From contig VJWM01000007.1 of the NCBI GenBank assembly GCA_010909165.1, forward strand, positions 434,001 through 498,000: a stretch of DNA of 64,000 nt, written 5' to 3'. The stretch is from Anthoceros angustus. Its lineage: Eukaryota > Plantae > Anthocerotophyta. Below are positions 11,356 through 24,000 of this stretch, in pieces. Both the position numbers and the translations under genes were made by a program. The notes beneath the pieces were generated by a model that was given only the letters and a program-made list of their open reading frames with translations, had not been told where the DNA came from and ran no database searches. Within the stretch, counting starts at the first letter, position 1. Every line of letters begins with the position of its first letter.

Positions 11356-13779
11356 TCAGGAGAGCAGAGGCAGGTCGAGATCCACAACCTCGCTGGATCT
11401 GGAGGTGAAGGCGGCGAGAGGCAAGCCGGGAGGAGAGGGCGAGAATTCGAAGGGCAAAGCGGGCAGATCTGCCTGGCCGAGCAGGATCTTGACCACGTCA
11501 GGCATGGTAGGGCGTAAGGCAGGTATTCTCTGCAGGCAGAGCAGGGCCAGCATGATGCAGAGCGTGGCCTGGTCCTTGGAGAAGCGGCCCTGGAAGTTGG
11601 CGTCCACCAGATCCAGCACATTGCCCGCCTGCGCCAGGTGCCTGGCCCAGGAGATGAGGTTGGCCCGCTCCAGCTCCGCGATGGGGGACGCCATCACCTG
11701 CAGCGGCCTTCTACCGGAGATGATAACGAGCATGAGCACCCCGAAGCTATAGACATCGCTCTTCTCCGACAGCACGCCCCCGCCCCCGTACTCGGGGGCA
11801 ACGTAGCAGATGGTGCCGCGCATGCTCGGAGTGCTGCTCACTCCCCTGCTCAGATCCCCGGACAAGCAGTCCCGGCTGCGGGTGCGGGCGCGGGTTCTCG
11901 TCCTCCGGCTGCTGTTGTTGCTTCTGAGCTCCGCGCTGTATGACACCTCGCTGCTGGCGTCGTCCCGATCCTTGTCCCGGTCCCGGCTGCCTCCTCGCCT
12001 CCTGCTACTCTTCTTCTCCTTCTCCTTCCCGGCGCCGTGCTCCGCGCTGCTGAAGTCCTCCTTGTTCCACCACTCCCTCGGAACCCTGCCCCCCGCCTTG
12101 CCCTTGGCGCCGTCCCCGGCGCCGCCGCTGCTGCTCCGAAGCTGCCCGCTGTACTCGTCCTTCCACCACTCCCGCCTGTGCTTTCTGGCCTTGCCCTTGT
12201 CCCTGCTGCTCTTCTCCTTGTCCTTGTCCTTGCCCTTGCCCTTGCTGCTCCCTTCCAGATGCTCGTCCTTCCACCATTCCCTGCCCTCCCGCCTCCCGAC
12301 TTCCTTCCGCTTCAGCGGTTCTTGGATGAGCTCCCCGCTGAGATCCACCCAGCCGTCCGAGCTCCTGGACCCGTCCCTGCGCCGATCTCTATCCACCCCC
12401 TTCCCGAACTCGTGCGAGTTGAGATCCACGCTGTTGTCATCCATCCAGGCCCCGCCGGGCTCCCTGGCTCCGCGAGCGGCCCGCCTGGCGGACTCATTGC
12501 TCCTCCACTCCAAGATGTAGTCCCGGATGCTGAGCTCGCCGCTGCTAGGCACGCCCTCGCTCTTCACCTCCACCCTTGCCCGCCTAGACGGCAAGGCCTC
12601 GTCCTCTCCCCTGCCGTCCTCCGTGCTGAAGTCCACCGTCTCCGTGTCCGCCTCGGTGCGGGTGTCCCCCCCTTCCCCCTCCAGCTGCAGGTGCCGCGTG
12701 AGCGGGGAGTCTGCCACTGGAGTGGCAGCGCTGGCGGGAGTGCCCTCCGCCTGCTGCTGCATTGCTGCTACCCCTATTGCTATTGCTCCTGCTCCCGACG
12801 CCGGAGTGATGGGAGTTGCGGCCGCAGAAATCTCCGCCTCCGCCTCCGCCTCCGCCTTCTGCTGCTCCTCTTGTCCCACGGCGGGAGCAGCAGCTGCTGC
12901 TGCAGTAGCAGCAGCGACAGCAAGACGAGCCCTCTCAGCCTCCTCCCGCTTGCGCAGCCGCCGCACCTTCTCCCTGGCAGCCCTCTCGAAGCGCATCCTC
13001 TCCCTCTCCAAAGCCTCCCGTTGCAGCTCCTGGCTGGCGGCGTCCGGCACAGCGGGCTCCAGCTTGAGGCGGGCCAGCCCGAAATCCGCAATGCGGGCAG
13101 AGAAGTCGGCGTCGAGCAGAATGTTGGAGGGCTTGACGTCACCATGGATGATAGGCGGGTCACACTGAAAATGCAAAAAGGCGAGGCCCTGCGCGGTGTC
13201 GAGGATGACCCTGAAGCGCGTCTCCCAGGCGAGCGTGACCGGGTAGTCGTCGTCAAAGAGCGCCTCCTGCAGGCTGCGATTGGGCATGAAGTCGTAGACG
13301 AGGAGGCGCCTGTTGCCATCGACGCAGAAGCCGAGCAGCGTGACGACGTGCGGGGAGGCGACGCGGCCGATGACAGACACCTCGTTCTGGAACTCACGCT
13401 CCCCCTGCAGCGACGAGGCGTCCAGTTTCTTCACGGCCACAGCCTGGCCGTGGCGCAGCTGGCCGCGGTACACTGTCCCGAATCCGCCCTGCCCCAGGCG
13501 CTGCGCCTCGTTGAAGCCCGCCGTGGCCGTCTTCAATTGCCGGTACGAGAAGCGCCTGAGCTGCTTGAGCCCGGCCAAGTCGTAGGGATTGGTCTTGCTG
13601 GCCTTGAGGCGCTGGTAGACGAGCAGCAGCAGGAGCAGCAGCAGCAGCAGCGCGGCCGCCCCTCCGGCGATGCCTGCGCCAACCACCACCCTGCTGCTGC
13701 TGCCGCTGCCGCTTCCGCTTCTGGAAGCTGAAGAAGGGCCGGCATCGCCACTCCCCAGCTGCCGCTGCCGCGAGGGCAT
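11356..13779 (-). CDS. Receptor-like Ser/Thr kinase, RLCK-XI type (At4g25390/At5g51770/At2g45590-like), 807 aa, intronless, with a split kinase domain
   Basis: TM helix AAALLLLLLLLLLVYQR, then LRRFSYRQLKTAT, LGQGGFGTVY, VAVKKL, HGDVKPSNILL, DFGLARLK, a ~410-aa insertion, then TPSMRGTICYVAPEYGGGG and KSDVYSFGVLML. Confidence 0.93.
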   Translation of the reverse strand: MPSRQRQLGSGDAGPSSASRSGSGSGSSSRVVVGAGIAGGAAALLLLLLLLLLVYQRLKASKTNPYDLAGLKQLRRFSYRQLKTATAGFNEAQRLGQGGFGTVYRGQLRHGQAVAVKKLDASSLQGEREFQNEVSVIGRVASPHVVTLLGFCVDGNRRLLVYDFMPNRSLQEALFDDDYPVTLAWETRFRVILDTAQGLAFLHFQCDPPIIHGDVKPSNILLDADFSARIADFGLARLKLEPAVPDAASQELQREALERERMRFERAAREKVRRLRKREEAERARLAVAAATAAAAAAPAVGQEEQQKAEAEAEAEISAAATPITPASGAGAIAIGVAAMQQQAEGTPASAATPVADSPLTRHLQLEGEGGDTRTEADTETVDFSTEDGRGEDEALPSRRARVEVKSEGVPSSGELSIRDYILEWRSNESARRAARGAREPGGAWMDDNSVDLNSHEFGKGVDRDRRRDGSRSSDGWVDLSGELIQEPLKRKEVGRREGREWWKDEHLEGSSKGKGKDKDKEKSSRDKGKARKHRREWWKDEYSGQLRSSSGGAGDGAKGKAGGRVPREWWNKEDFSSAEHGAGKEKEKKSSRRRGGSRDRDKDRDDASSEVSYSAELRSNNSSRRTRTRARTRSRDCLSGDLSRGVSSTPSMRGTICYVAPEYGGGGVLSEKSDVYSFGVLMLVIISGRRPLQVMASPIAELERANLISWARHLAQAGNVLDLVDANFQGRFSKDQATLCIMLALLCLQRIPALRPTMPDVVKILLGQADLPALPFEFSPSPPGLPLAAFTSRSSEVVDLDLPLLS

Positions 13780-14539
13780 GGTGCGCGCTGCACCCCCCTG
13801 CTGCTGCTCTCTTGCTCTTGCTCTTGCTCTTCCTCTGCCGCTCTGCGCTGGGCCGTGCCCTGGGCCTTACACAATGCCAGCCGGGAAGGCAGGCGGCAGT
13901 GGGGAGGGCCCCAACGGACAGGACAGGCCACCCGGCCCCCCCCGCCATTAAAACCCACCACTCATGGACATACATGTATGCATGAGAGGGACGGGGGCCC
14001 GGCAGTGGCGCATCCCCCTGGCTTCGAGCCCCCCTTGTTGACCTTTCTGCGGACCTTTCTGCCTAATCGTCACCCTCCACGCTACTATGCCCGCTCCACT
14101 ACCTAATCCACATACATACTCACTCAAGAGGCATTCCCTTCTCAAAAAATATCAGTTATGAGTGGATGAAGTGTACCAGCCCACACCAAACGTAGGAACG
14201 TGATGCTTTCTAGGAGAGCGAGCTACAGTACAGTACGTACATAATTCGCAGCGTGACCTATCAAAACTCTACGTACATTGATTTTCATGCAGTAGTATTA
14301 TCAGAATATATTTATATTAAAACTTTTGAAAGAAAAAAATAATAGACAGTGTACTTATCTAACTACATGCCACCATATGTAGAAAACATTTCTATGGTTT
14401 CTTGAAGGCTATAAACTCCTATGGAGCTGGAAAGGGATGTTGGCGGAGGACACTAAAATTGAAAGAGTTTTATGTCCAATAGTCTCATGACACAAGGAAA
14501 ATCATTGCATTCATACCATGAAGTTGCCAAGCTAAAGAA

Positions 14540-15040
14540 ATGTTGCAATGTATACGTGAGTTGCAGAAAGTGCCTCAGCAGATAGAGAATTCGAAAGGAG
14601 CAGCCAGCATCACAGTTGTAGATATGGATGATCATGAAATCATCTTGGGCTTAGAATGGATGAAATCCAATAAGGTATGTGTGAACGTGGACTCACGCAC
14701 CATACATATCTTAGGAGATGAAGAGCACAAAGTGAGTTGTGCAGTTTTCAAGCAAGAGCTTGGAGACAACATTGAAGATATCATCTCGAAGAAAGAGGTC
14801 AAGCGTTGTATAAAGGGTGGAGAGGAACTCTTTTTACTTTTGGTGCCGGGACTAGAAGACTGTCTTGGGATGGAGTCTCAAGTGCAGCCAAAGGTTTCAA
14901 GGGAAGTGTAGGCTGTTTTGGATGAGTTCAAACACTTGATGCCTTATGAGTTGCCTCCTTTACCTCCTAGAAGAATTGTGGATCATGAGATTGATTTGAA
15001 GCCAACACTTGCGGCTTCCTTATTGGCTGCGTAATAAGGA
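14540..15040 (+). pseudogene. Ty3/Gypsy pol remnant: retropepsin C-terminal half plus protease-RT linker
   Basis: VVDMDDHEIILGLEWMKSNKVCVNVDSRTIHI followed by VLDEFKHLMPYELPPLPPRRIVDHEIDLKP. Confidence 0.75.
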
Positions 15041-18000
15041 GCGTTGCTTAATGTTATCGAGCGTAGTCCATTCCTTTGTGTGACTAGAGAGTGCACAAGA
15101 TGGTCAATGAGACGCACAAGAAGATGCTCAAGCATCATTTTGCCGATCATCCGACTCAACCACTTGAAGATTCTTCATCATTAGAAGAAGACGAGCATCG
15201 TGACATGGAGAAGTCACCACCTAAAGATCGGAGCCATCTGCGGAAAATCAAAAGACTAGAAGAAGCAAATGGTGGAAGCCCTTAACTAAGTTCTTCCATA
15301 AGTCCTAGAAGATTTGAAGACTTCTAAAAAAAGGCGAAGCAAAATCGGAGCCCACAACCGAACAAAATGAAGATGGAGAAGAAAAGAATAAAAGATCTAT
15401 CCGTATCACAGAAGCATCTTCAAAGTGCTACCCAAGTCGAGCATGAAACTTGCTCTACTAGAGAAGTATGAGGGAGAAAGAGACCTTCAAGTCATTGATT
15501 CTTGGATCTATTCTATAGAAACTTATCTTGCCTCAATTGGTCTTGAGCCGCTATACTACTTGAGTACTATTAGCAATTTTCTAAAGGGTTATGCCTTAAA
15601 CCGGTGGCGGTGTTATGGTACAAATGTTGCCAAGGGTAACCGAGCTCATACAATCATAGGCGGACATCTTTTAAAGAATCCCTCAAGAAGGCCCATGCAG
15701 ATGCTTCACACCTAAGTCGGCAACTACTTGATAATGTCAAGCAAACAAGTACAAGATTATGAGGCTCTAGCAATGAGGAGTGTAGGCGGAGGAGGTAACT
15801 TCACTAGCGGAAATGGAGTTGCACGAGGCAATCCAAGAGGAACTTTCCGTGGAAGAAATCGGGTGCTGGAAGGTAGTGAAGCTCAAAGAATGGTCATAAT
15901 GGGTTCTCGAAAAGGAGTCTGCCTCTCTTATGGAGAGTCAGGGCATTATGCAAATGAATGCCCAATTCTTTGGACAAACCGCAATGTCACGAATGCTACA
16001 TGTGGTGAGTCTCTAAAACGTGGATGGCGTGGCAGGCATGGTTAGGTGACCACTAATTTGGAAGGGCAAACCGTCTCTAAGTGGTGTTTTGCATGGCGTT
16101 GATTTCTTAACAATTGAAATTATGCCCATTTTGACCGATATTTTTAGGGCTATTCGCTTTTAACTTCATAGATTATTTCATATTTTTAGGGCTATTCGTT
16201 TTAACTTCATAAATTTTTATATTTGGAAAATTAATTTATTTGATATATTATTAGATTAAGTCTTGCTATATATGCTAGGGACAATTTATCATACAAACTC
16301 GTAAGTGACCGAGTAAGGCGGGAGGTGGAAAGCGGTGATGCTCGTTGACTTTTAAGGGTGATAATGGCGTTATCCACTTCCATCGGTGTGCTCCTAATGT
16401 TGAGACTCACAAGCATTGGATTTGTGCATGCATCACGCTAAACCGCGAGCTCAACCTTGAATGACGGTGAGGACGGTTGTCACCATGCGAAGTCCCTACA
16501 TGGCTTCGCTAGAGCTATGTCGTGAGCAATAGGTGGTTGACGGCGGTGTGCAAGCGCTTGGGTGAACCGGTTCTTCTGGCGGTTGGTAGCTCGGTGGTGC
16601 GGTGGCGGTGGCTTTGTGCGGAGGGCGTTTGGGATCAATGGCGTGCTTTTCCTGGAACGTGGAGCTGTGGTGAGTTGCCCATAGCTCTTATGAGTTGCCT
16701 CCTTTACCTCCTAGAAGAATTGTGGATCATGAGATTGATTTGAAGCCAACACTTGCGGCTTCCTTATTGGCCTGCTAATAAGGAGCGTTGCTTAATGTTA
16801 TCGAGCGTAGTCCATTCCTTTGTGTGACTAGAGAGTGCACAAGATGGTCAATGAGACGCACAAGAAGATGCTCAAGCATCATTTTGCCGATCATCCGACT
16901 CAACCACTTGAAGATTCTTCATCATTAGAAGAAGACGAGCATCGTGACATGGAGAAGTCACCACCTAAAGATCGGAGCCATCTCGCAGAAAATCAAAAGA
17001 CTAGAAGAAGCAAATGGTGGAAGCCCTTAACTAAGTTCTTCCATAAGTCCTAGAAGATTTGAAGACTTCTAAAAAAGGCGAAGCAAAATCGGAGCCCTGG
17101 CGAACAAAATGAAGATGGAGAAGAAAAGAATAAAAGATCTATCCACAATCGAAGCATCTTCAAAGTGCTACCCAAGTCGAGCATGAAAAACTACTAGAGA
17201 AGTATGAGGGAGAAAGAGACCTTCAAGTCATTGATTCTTGGATCTATTCTATAGAAACTTATCTTGCCTCAATTGGTCTTGAGCCGCTATACTACTTGAG
17301 TACTATTAGCAATTTTCTAAAGGGTTATGCCTTAAACCTGTGGCGGTGTTATGGTACAAATGTTGCTAAGGGTAACCGAGCTCATACAATCATAGACCGG
17401 ACATCTTTTAAAGAATCCCTCAAGAAGCTCCACTGCGAATGCTTCACACCTAAGTCGGCAACTACTTGATAATGTCAAGCAAACAAGTACAAGATTATGA
17501 GGCTCTAGCAATGCAAGCAGAGGAGTGTAGGCGGAGGAGCCGCTAACTTCACTAAGCGGAAATGGAGTTGCACGAGGCAATCCAAGAGGAACTTTCCGTG
17601 GAAGAAATCGGGGTCGGAAAGGTAGTGAAGCTCAAAGAATGGTCATAATGGGTTCTCGAAAAGGAGTCTCTACTCTTATGGAGAGTCGGGCATTATGCAA
17701 ATGAATGCCCAATTGCCGACAAACACTGCAATGTCACGAATGCTACATGTGGTGAGTCTCTAAGGCACGTGGATGGCGAGACGAGCATGGTTAGGTGACC
17801 ACTAATTTCGGAAACAGGCGGCTGGTCTAAGTGGTGTTTTGCATGACGCTCGATTCTTAACAATTGAAATTATGCCCATTTTGACCGATATTTTAGGGCT
17901 ATTCGCTTTTAACTTCATAGATTATTTCATATTTTTAGGGCTATTCGTTTTAACTTCATAAATTTTATATTTGGAAAATTAATTTATTTGATATATTATT

Positions 18001-21000
18001 AGATTAAGTCTTGCTATATATGCTAGGGACAATTTATCATACAAACTCGTAAGTGTGGGCGGGAGGCGGGAGGTGGAAACGAAAGCGAGGATGCTCGCTG
18101 ACTTTTAAGGGTGATAATGACGCGTTATCCACTTCCATCAGCCGTGCTCCTAATGTTGAGACTCACAAGCATTGGATTTGTGCATGCATCACGCGCGCGA
18201 GCTCAACCTTGGACGCGGTGAGGACGGTTGTCGACCATGCGAAGTCCCTACATGGCTTCGCTAGAGCTATGTCGCGAGCAATAGGTGAATTAGACGGGCG
18301 GTGGCCCAGGCGCAAAAAGGCTTTGGGGTCGAACCAGTTCTTCTGACGGTTGGTAGCTTTTCGGTGGTGCAGGCGATGGTGGCTTTGTGAGGGCGTTTGG
18401 GAATTTTGTCGGCCGTCTTGTGAGGCTTTTCCTGGAACGTGGAGCGCCGTGGTGAGTTGCCTTATGAGTTGCCTTATGAGTTGCCTCCTTTACCTCCTAG
18501 AAGAATTGTGGATCATGAGATTGATTTGAAGCCAACACTTGCGCTTCCTTATTGGTCACGTAATAAGGAGCGCGTTGTAATGTTATCGAGCGTAGTCCAT
18601 TCCTTTGTGTGACTAGAGAGTGCACAAGATGGTCAATGAGACGCAAGAAGATGCTCAAGCATCATTTTGCCGATCATCCGACTCAACCACTTGAAGATTC
18701 TTCATCATTAGAAGAAGACGAGCATCGTGACATGGAGAAGTCACCACCTAAAGATCTGGAGCCATCTCGGAAAAATCAAAAGACTAGAAGAAGCAAATGG
18801 TGGAAGCCCTTAACTAAGTTCTTCCATAAGTCCTAGAAGATTTGAAGACTTCTAAAAAAAGGCGAAACAAAATCGGAGCCCTCCAACAAAATGAAGATGG
18901 AGAAGAAAAGAATAAAAAGATCTATCCGCGAATACGGTAAGCATCTTCAAAGTGCTACCCAAGTCGAGCATGAAACTTGCTCTACTAGAGAAGTATGAGG
19001 GAGAAAGAGACCTTCAAGTCATTGATTCTTGGATCTATTCTATAGAAACTTATCTTGCCTCAATTGGTCTTGAGCCGCTATACTACTTGAGTACTATTAG
19101 CAATTTTCTAAAGGGTTATGCCTTAAAGGTGGCGGTGTTATGGTACAAATGTTGCCAAGGGTAACCGAGCTCATACAATCATAGACTGGACATCTTTTAA
19201 AGAATCCCTCAAGAAGCGGTTCGACTGCGAATGCTTCACACCTAAGTCGGCAACTACTTGATAATGTCAAGCAAACAAGTACAAGATTATGAGGCTCTAG
19301 CAATGCAAGCAGAGTGTAGGCGGAGGGCGCTAACTTCACTTGCTAGCGGAAATGGAGTTGCACGAGGCAATCCAAGAGGAACTTTCCGTGGAAGAAATCA
19401 GGTGCGTGGAAGGTAGTGAAGCTCAAAGAATGGTCATAATGGGTTCTCGAAAAGGTTCTCTCTTATGGAGTGGGGCATTATGCAAATGAATGCCCAATTG
19501 CTGGACAAACCGCATATCACGAATGCTACATGTGGTGAGTCTCTAAAATGCATGGATGGCGTCGAGCATGGTTAGTGACCACTAATTTTAAGCAGGCGGC
19601 AGATCTCTAAGTGGTGTTTTGCATGACGCTCGATTTTAACAATTGAAATTATGCCCATTTTGACCGATATTTTTAGGGCTATTGCTTTTAACTTCATAGA
19701 TTATTTCATATTTTTAGGGCTATTCGTTTTTAACTTCATAAATTTTTATATTTGGAAAATTAATTTATTTGATATATTATTAGATTAAGTCTTGCTATAT
19801 ATGCTAGGGACAATTTATCATACAAACTCGTAAGGTGGCCACGGGCGGGAGGCGAGGGAGGTGGAAGCAGGATGCTCGTTGACTTTTAAGGGTGATAATA
19901 GCGTTATCCACTTCCATCGCCCGTGCTCCTAATGTTGAGACTCTGAGCATTGGATTTGTGCATGCATCACGCTAAATCAGCTCAACCTTGGACGGCGGTG
20001 AGGCGGATTGTCGACCATCAAGTCCCTACATGGCTTCGCTAGAGCTATGTCGCATGAGCAATAGGTGGTGTGACGGTGTCTACAAAAAGCCGCGGGGTGA
20101 ACCGAGTTCTTCACCGGATTTGGTAGCTCGGCAGCGATGGTGGCTTTGTGAGGGCGTTTGGGATCTGCCGCGTGCGGCAGGCTTTTCCGGAACGTGGAGC
20201 TGGGTGAGTTGCCTTATGAGTTGCCTTATGAGTTGCCTCCTTTACCTCCTAGAAGAATTGTGGATCATGAGATTGAAGCCAACACTTGCGCTTCCTTATT
20301 GCCAGTAATAAGGAGCGTTGCTTAATGTTATCGAGCGTAGTCCATTCCTTTGTGTGACTAGAGAGTGCACAAGATGGTCAATGAGACGCAAGAAGATGCT
20401 CAAGCATCATTTTGCCGATCATCCGACTCAACCACTTGAAGATTCTTCATCATTAGAAGAAGACGAGCATCGTGACATGGAGAAGTCACCACCTAAAGAT
20501 ACCGGAGCCATCTGCGAGAAAATCAAAAGACTAGAAGAAGCAAATGGTGGAAGCCCTTAACTAAGTTCTTCCATAAGTCCTAGAAGATTTGAAGACTTCT
20601 AAAAAAGGCGAAGCAAAATCGAGCCCACAACCGAACAAAATGAAGATGGAGAAGAAAAGAATAAAAAGATCTATCCGAATCAAGAAGCATCTTCAAAGTG
20701 CTACCCAAGTCGAGCATGAAACTTGCTCTACTAGAGAAGTATGAGGGAGAAAGAGACCTTCAAGTCATTGATTCTTGGATCTATTCTATAGAAACTTATC
20801 TTGCCTCAATTGGTCTTGAGCCGCTATACTACTTGAGTACTATTAGCAATTTTCTAAAGGGTTATGCCTTAAAGCGGTGGCGGTGTTATGGTACAAATGT
20901 TGCCAAGGGTAACCGAGCTCATACAATCATAGACTGGACATCTTTTAAAGAATCCCTCAAGAAGCGCCCGACTGCTGAATGCTTCACACCTAAGTCGGCA

Positions 21001-24000
21001 ACTACTTGATAATGTCAAGCAAACAAGTACAAGATTATGAGGCTCTAGCAATGCAAGCGAGGAGTGTAGGCGGAGGCGCTAACTTCACTAGCGGAAATGG
21101 AGTTGAGGCAATCCAAGAGGAACTTTCCGTGGAAGAAATCGGGTGCGGAAAGGTAGTGAAGCTCAAAGAATGGTCATAATGGGTTCTCGGAGTGCACTAC
21201 TCTTATGGAGAGTCAGCATTATGCAAATGAATGCCCAATTGCCGGACAAACCTCGCAATGTCACGAATGCTACATGTGGTGAGTCTCTAAATCTGGATGG
21301 CGGTACGAGCATGGTTAGGTGACCACTAATTTTAAAAGGCGAAACCGTCTCTAAGTGGTGTTTTGCATGACGTTGATTTCTTAACAATTGAAATTATGCC
21401 CATTTTGACCGATATTTTTAGGGCTATTCGTTTTAACTTCATAGATTATTTCATATTTTTAGGGCTATTCGTTTTAACTTCATAAATTTTTATATTTGGA
21501 AAATTAATTTATTTGATATATTATTAGATTAAGTCTTGCTATATATGCTAGGGACAATTTATCATACAAACTCGTAAGTGACCGAGGGCGGGAAGGAGGT
21601 GGAAACGAAAGCGAGGATGCTCGTTGACTTTTAAGGGTGATAATGACGTTATCCACTTCCATCACGTGCTCCTAATGTTGAGACTCACAAGCATTGGATT
21701 TGTGCATGCATCACGCTAAGCGAGCTCAACCTTGGACGGCAGGTGAGTGTCATCGCCATGCTAAGTCCCTACATGGCTTCTAGAGCTATGTCGCCGAGCA
21801 ATAGGTGGTGTGACGGCAGCTGACGGCGCAGTCGCTTGTCGGAACCGAGTTCTTCTGGCCGGATTTGGTAGCTCGGTGGTGCAGGCGGGGCGTGGCTTTG
21901 TGCGGAGGGCGGGATGCCACCGGCGCGCTTTTCTGGAACGTGGAGCGTGTGGTGAGTTGCCTTATGAGTTGCCTTATGAGTTGCCTCCTTTACCTCCTAG
22001 AAGAATTGTGGATCATGAGATTGATTTGAAGCCAACACTTGCGCTTCCTTATTGGCTGCGTAATAAGGAGCGTTGCTTAATGTTATCGAGCGTAGTCCAT
22101 TCCTTTGTGTGACTAGAGAGTGCACAAGATGGTCAATGAGACGACAGAAGATGCTCAAGCATCATTTTGCCGATCATCCGACTCAACCACTTGAAGATTC
22201 TTCATCATTAGAAGAAGACGAGCATCGTGACATGGAGAAGTCACCACCTAAAGATCCGGAGCCATCTGCAGGAAAATCAAAAGACTAGAAGAAGCAAATG
22301 GTGGAAGCCCTTAACTAAGTTCTTCCATAAGTCCTAGAAGATTTGAAGACTTCTAAAAAAAGGCGAAGCAAAATCGGAGCCCACAACAAAATGAAGATGG
22401 AGAAGAAAAGAATAAAAGATCTATCCGTGAATCGGTGCATCTTCAAAGTGCTACCCAAGTCGAGCATGAAACTTGCTCTACTAGAGAAGTATGAGGGAGA
22501 AAGAGACCTTCAAGTCATTGATTCTTGGATCTATTCTATAGAAACTTATCTTGCCTCAATTGGTCTTGAGCCGCTATACTACTTGAGTACTATTAGCAAT
22601 TTTCTAAAGGGTTATGCCTTAAACCGGTGGCGTGTTATGGTACAAATGTTGCCAAGGGTAAGCAAGCTCAGCTCATGATCATAATTGGACATCTTTTAAA
22701 GAATCCCTCAAGAAGGCGTTCCACTGCAGAACTTCACACCTAAGTCGGCAACTACTTGATAATGTCAAGCAAACAAGTACAAGATTATGAGGCTCTAGCA
22801 ATGCAAGCAGAGGAGTGTAGGCGGAGGCGCTAACTTCACTAGCGGAAATGGAGTTGCACGAGGCAATCCAAGAGGAACTTTCCGTGGAAGAAATCGGTGC
22901 GCGGAAGGTAGTGAAGCTCAAAGAATGGTCATAATGGGTTCTCGAAAAGTCTACTCTTATGGAGAGTCAGCATTATGCAAATGAATGCCCAATTGCCGGA
23001 CAAACCTCGCAATGTCACAGATGCTACATGTGGTGAGTCTCTAGTAATGCTCATGGATGGCAGGTACGAGCATGGTTAGGTGACCACTAATTTTCAAAGC
23101 GGGCGAAACCGTCTCTAGTGGTGTTTTGCATGGCCCGTTGATTTCTTAACAATTGAAATTATGCCCATTTTGACCGATATTTTTAGGGCTATTCGCTTTT
23201 AACTTCATAGATTATTTCATATTTTTAGGGCTATTCGTTTTAACTTCATAAATTTTTATATTTGGAAAATTAATTTATTTGATATATTATTAGATTAAGT
23301 CTTATATATGCTAGGGACAATTTATCATACAAACTCGTAAGTGACCGAGGGCGGGAAGGAGGTGGAAACGAAAGCGAGGATGCTCGTTGACTTTTAAGGG
23401 TGATAATGACGTTATCCACTTCCATCACGTGCTCCTAATGTTGAGACTCACAAGCATTGATTTGTGCATGCATCACGCTAAGCGAGCTCAACCTTGGACG
23501 GCAGGTGAGTGTCATCGCCATGCTAAGTCCCTACATGGCTTCTAGAGCTATGTCGCCGAGCAATAGGTGGTGTGACGGCAGCTGACGGCGCAGTCGCTTG
23601 TCGGAACCGAGTTCTTCTGGCCGGATTTGGTAGCTCGGTGGTGCAGGCGGGGCGTGGCTTTGTGCGGAGGGCGGGATGCCACCGGCGCGCTTTTCTGGAA
23701 CGTGGAGCGTGTGGTGAGTTGCCTTATGAGTTGCCTTATGAGTTGCCTCCTTTACCTCCTAGAAGAATTGTGGATCATGAGATTGATTTGAAGCCAACAC
23801 TTGCGCTTCCTTATTGGCTGCGTAATAAGGAGCGTTGCTTAATGTTATCGAGCGTAGTCCATTCCTTTGTGTGACTAGAGAGTGCACAAGATGGTCAATG
23901 AGACGACAGAAGATGCTCAAGCATCATTTTGCCGATCATCCGACTCAACCACTTGAAGATTCTTCATCATTAGAAGAAGACGAGCATCGTGACATGGAGA

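Noticed and set aside
12037-13731. 564-aa plus-strand ORF and other overlapping ORFs within the kinase gene
   Set aside because: These are antisense or alternative-frame shadows of a very GC-rich CDS, with low-complexity translations and no motifs.
16140-16215. TTTAGGG motifs in the array units as interstitial telomere
   Set aside because: There are only two isolated heptamers per unit, not tandem telomeric repeats.
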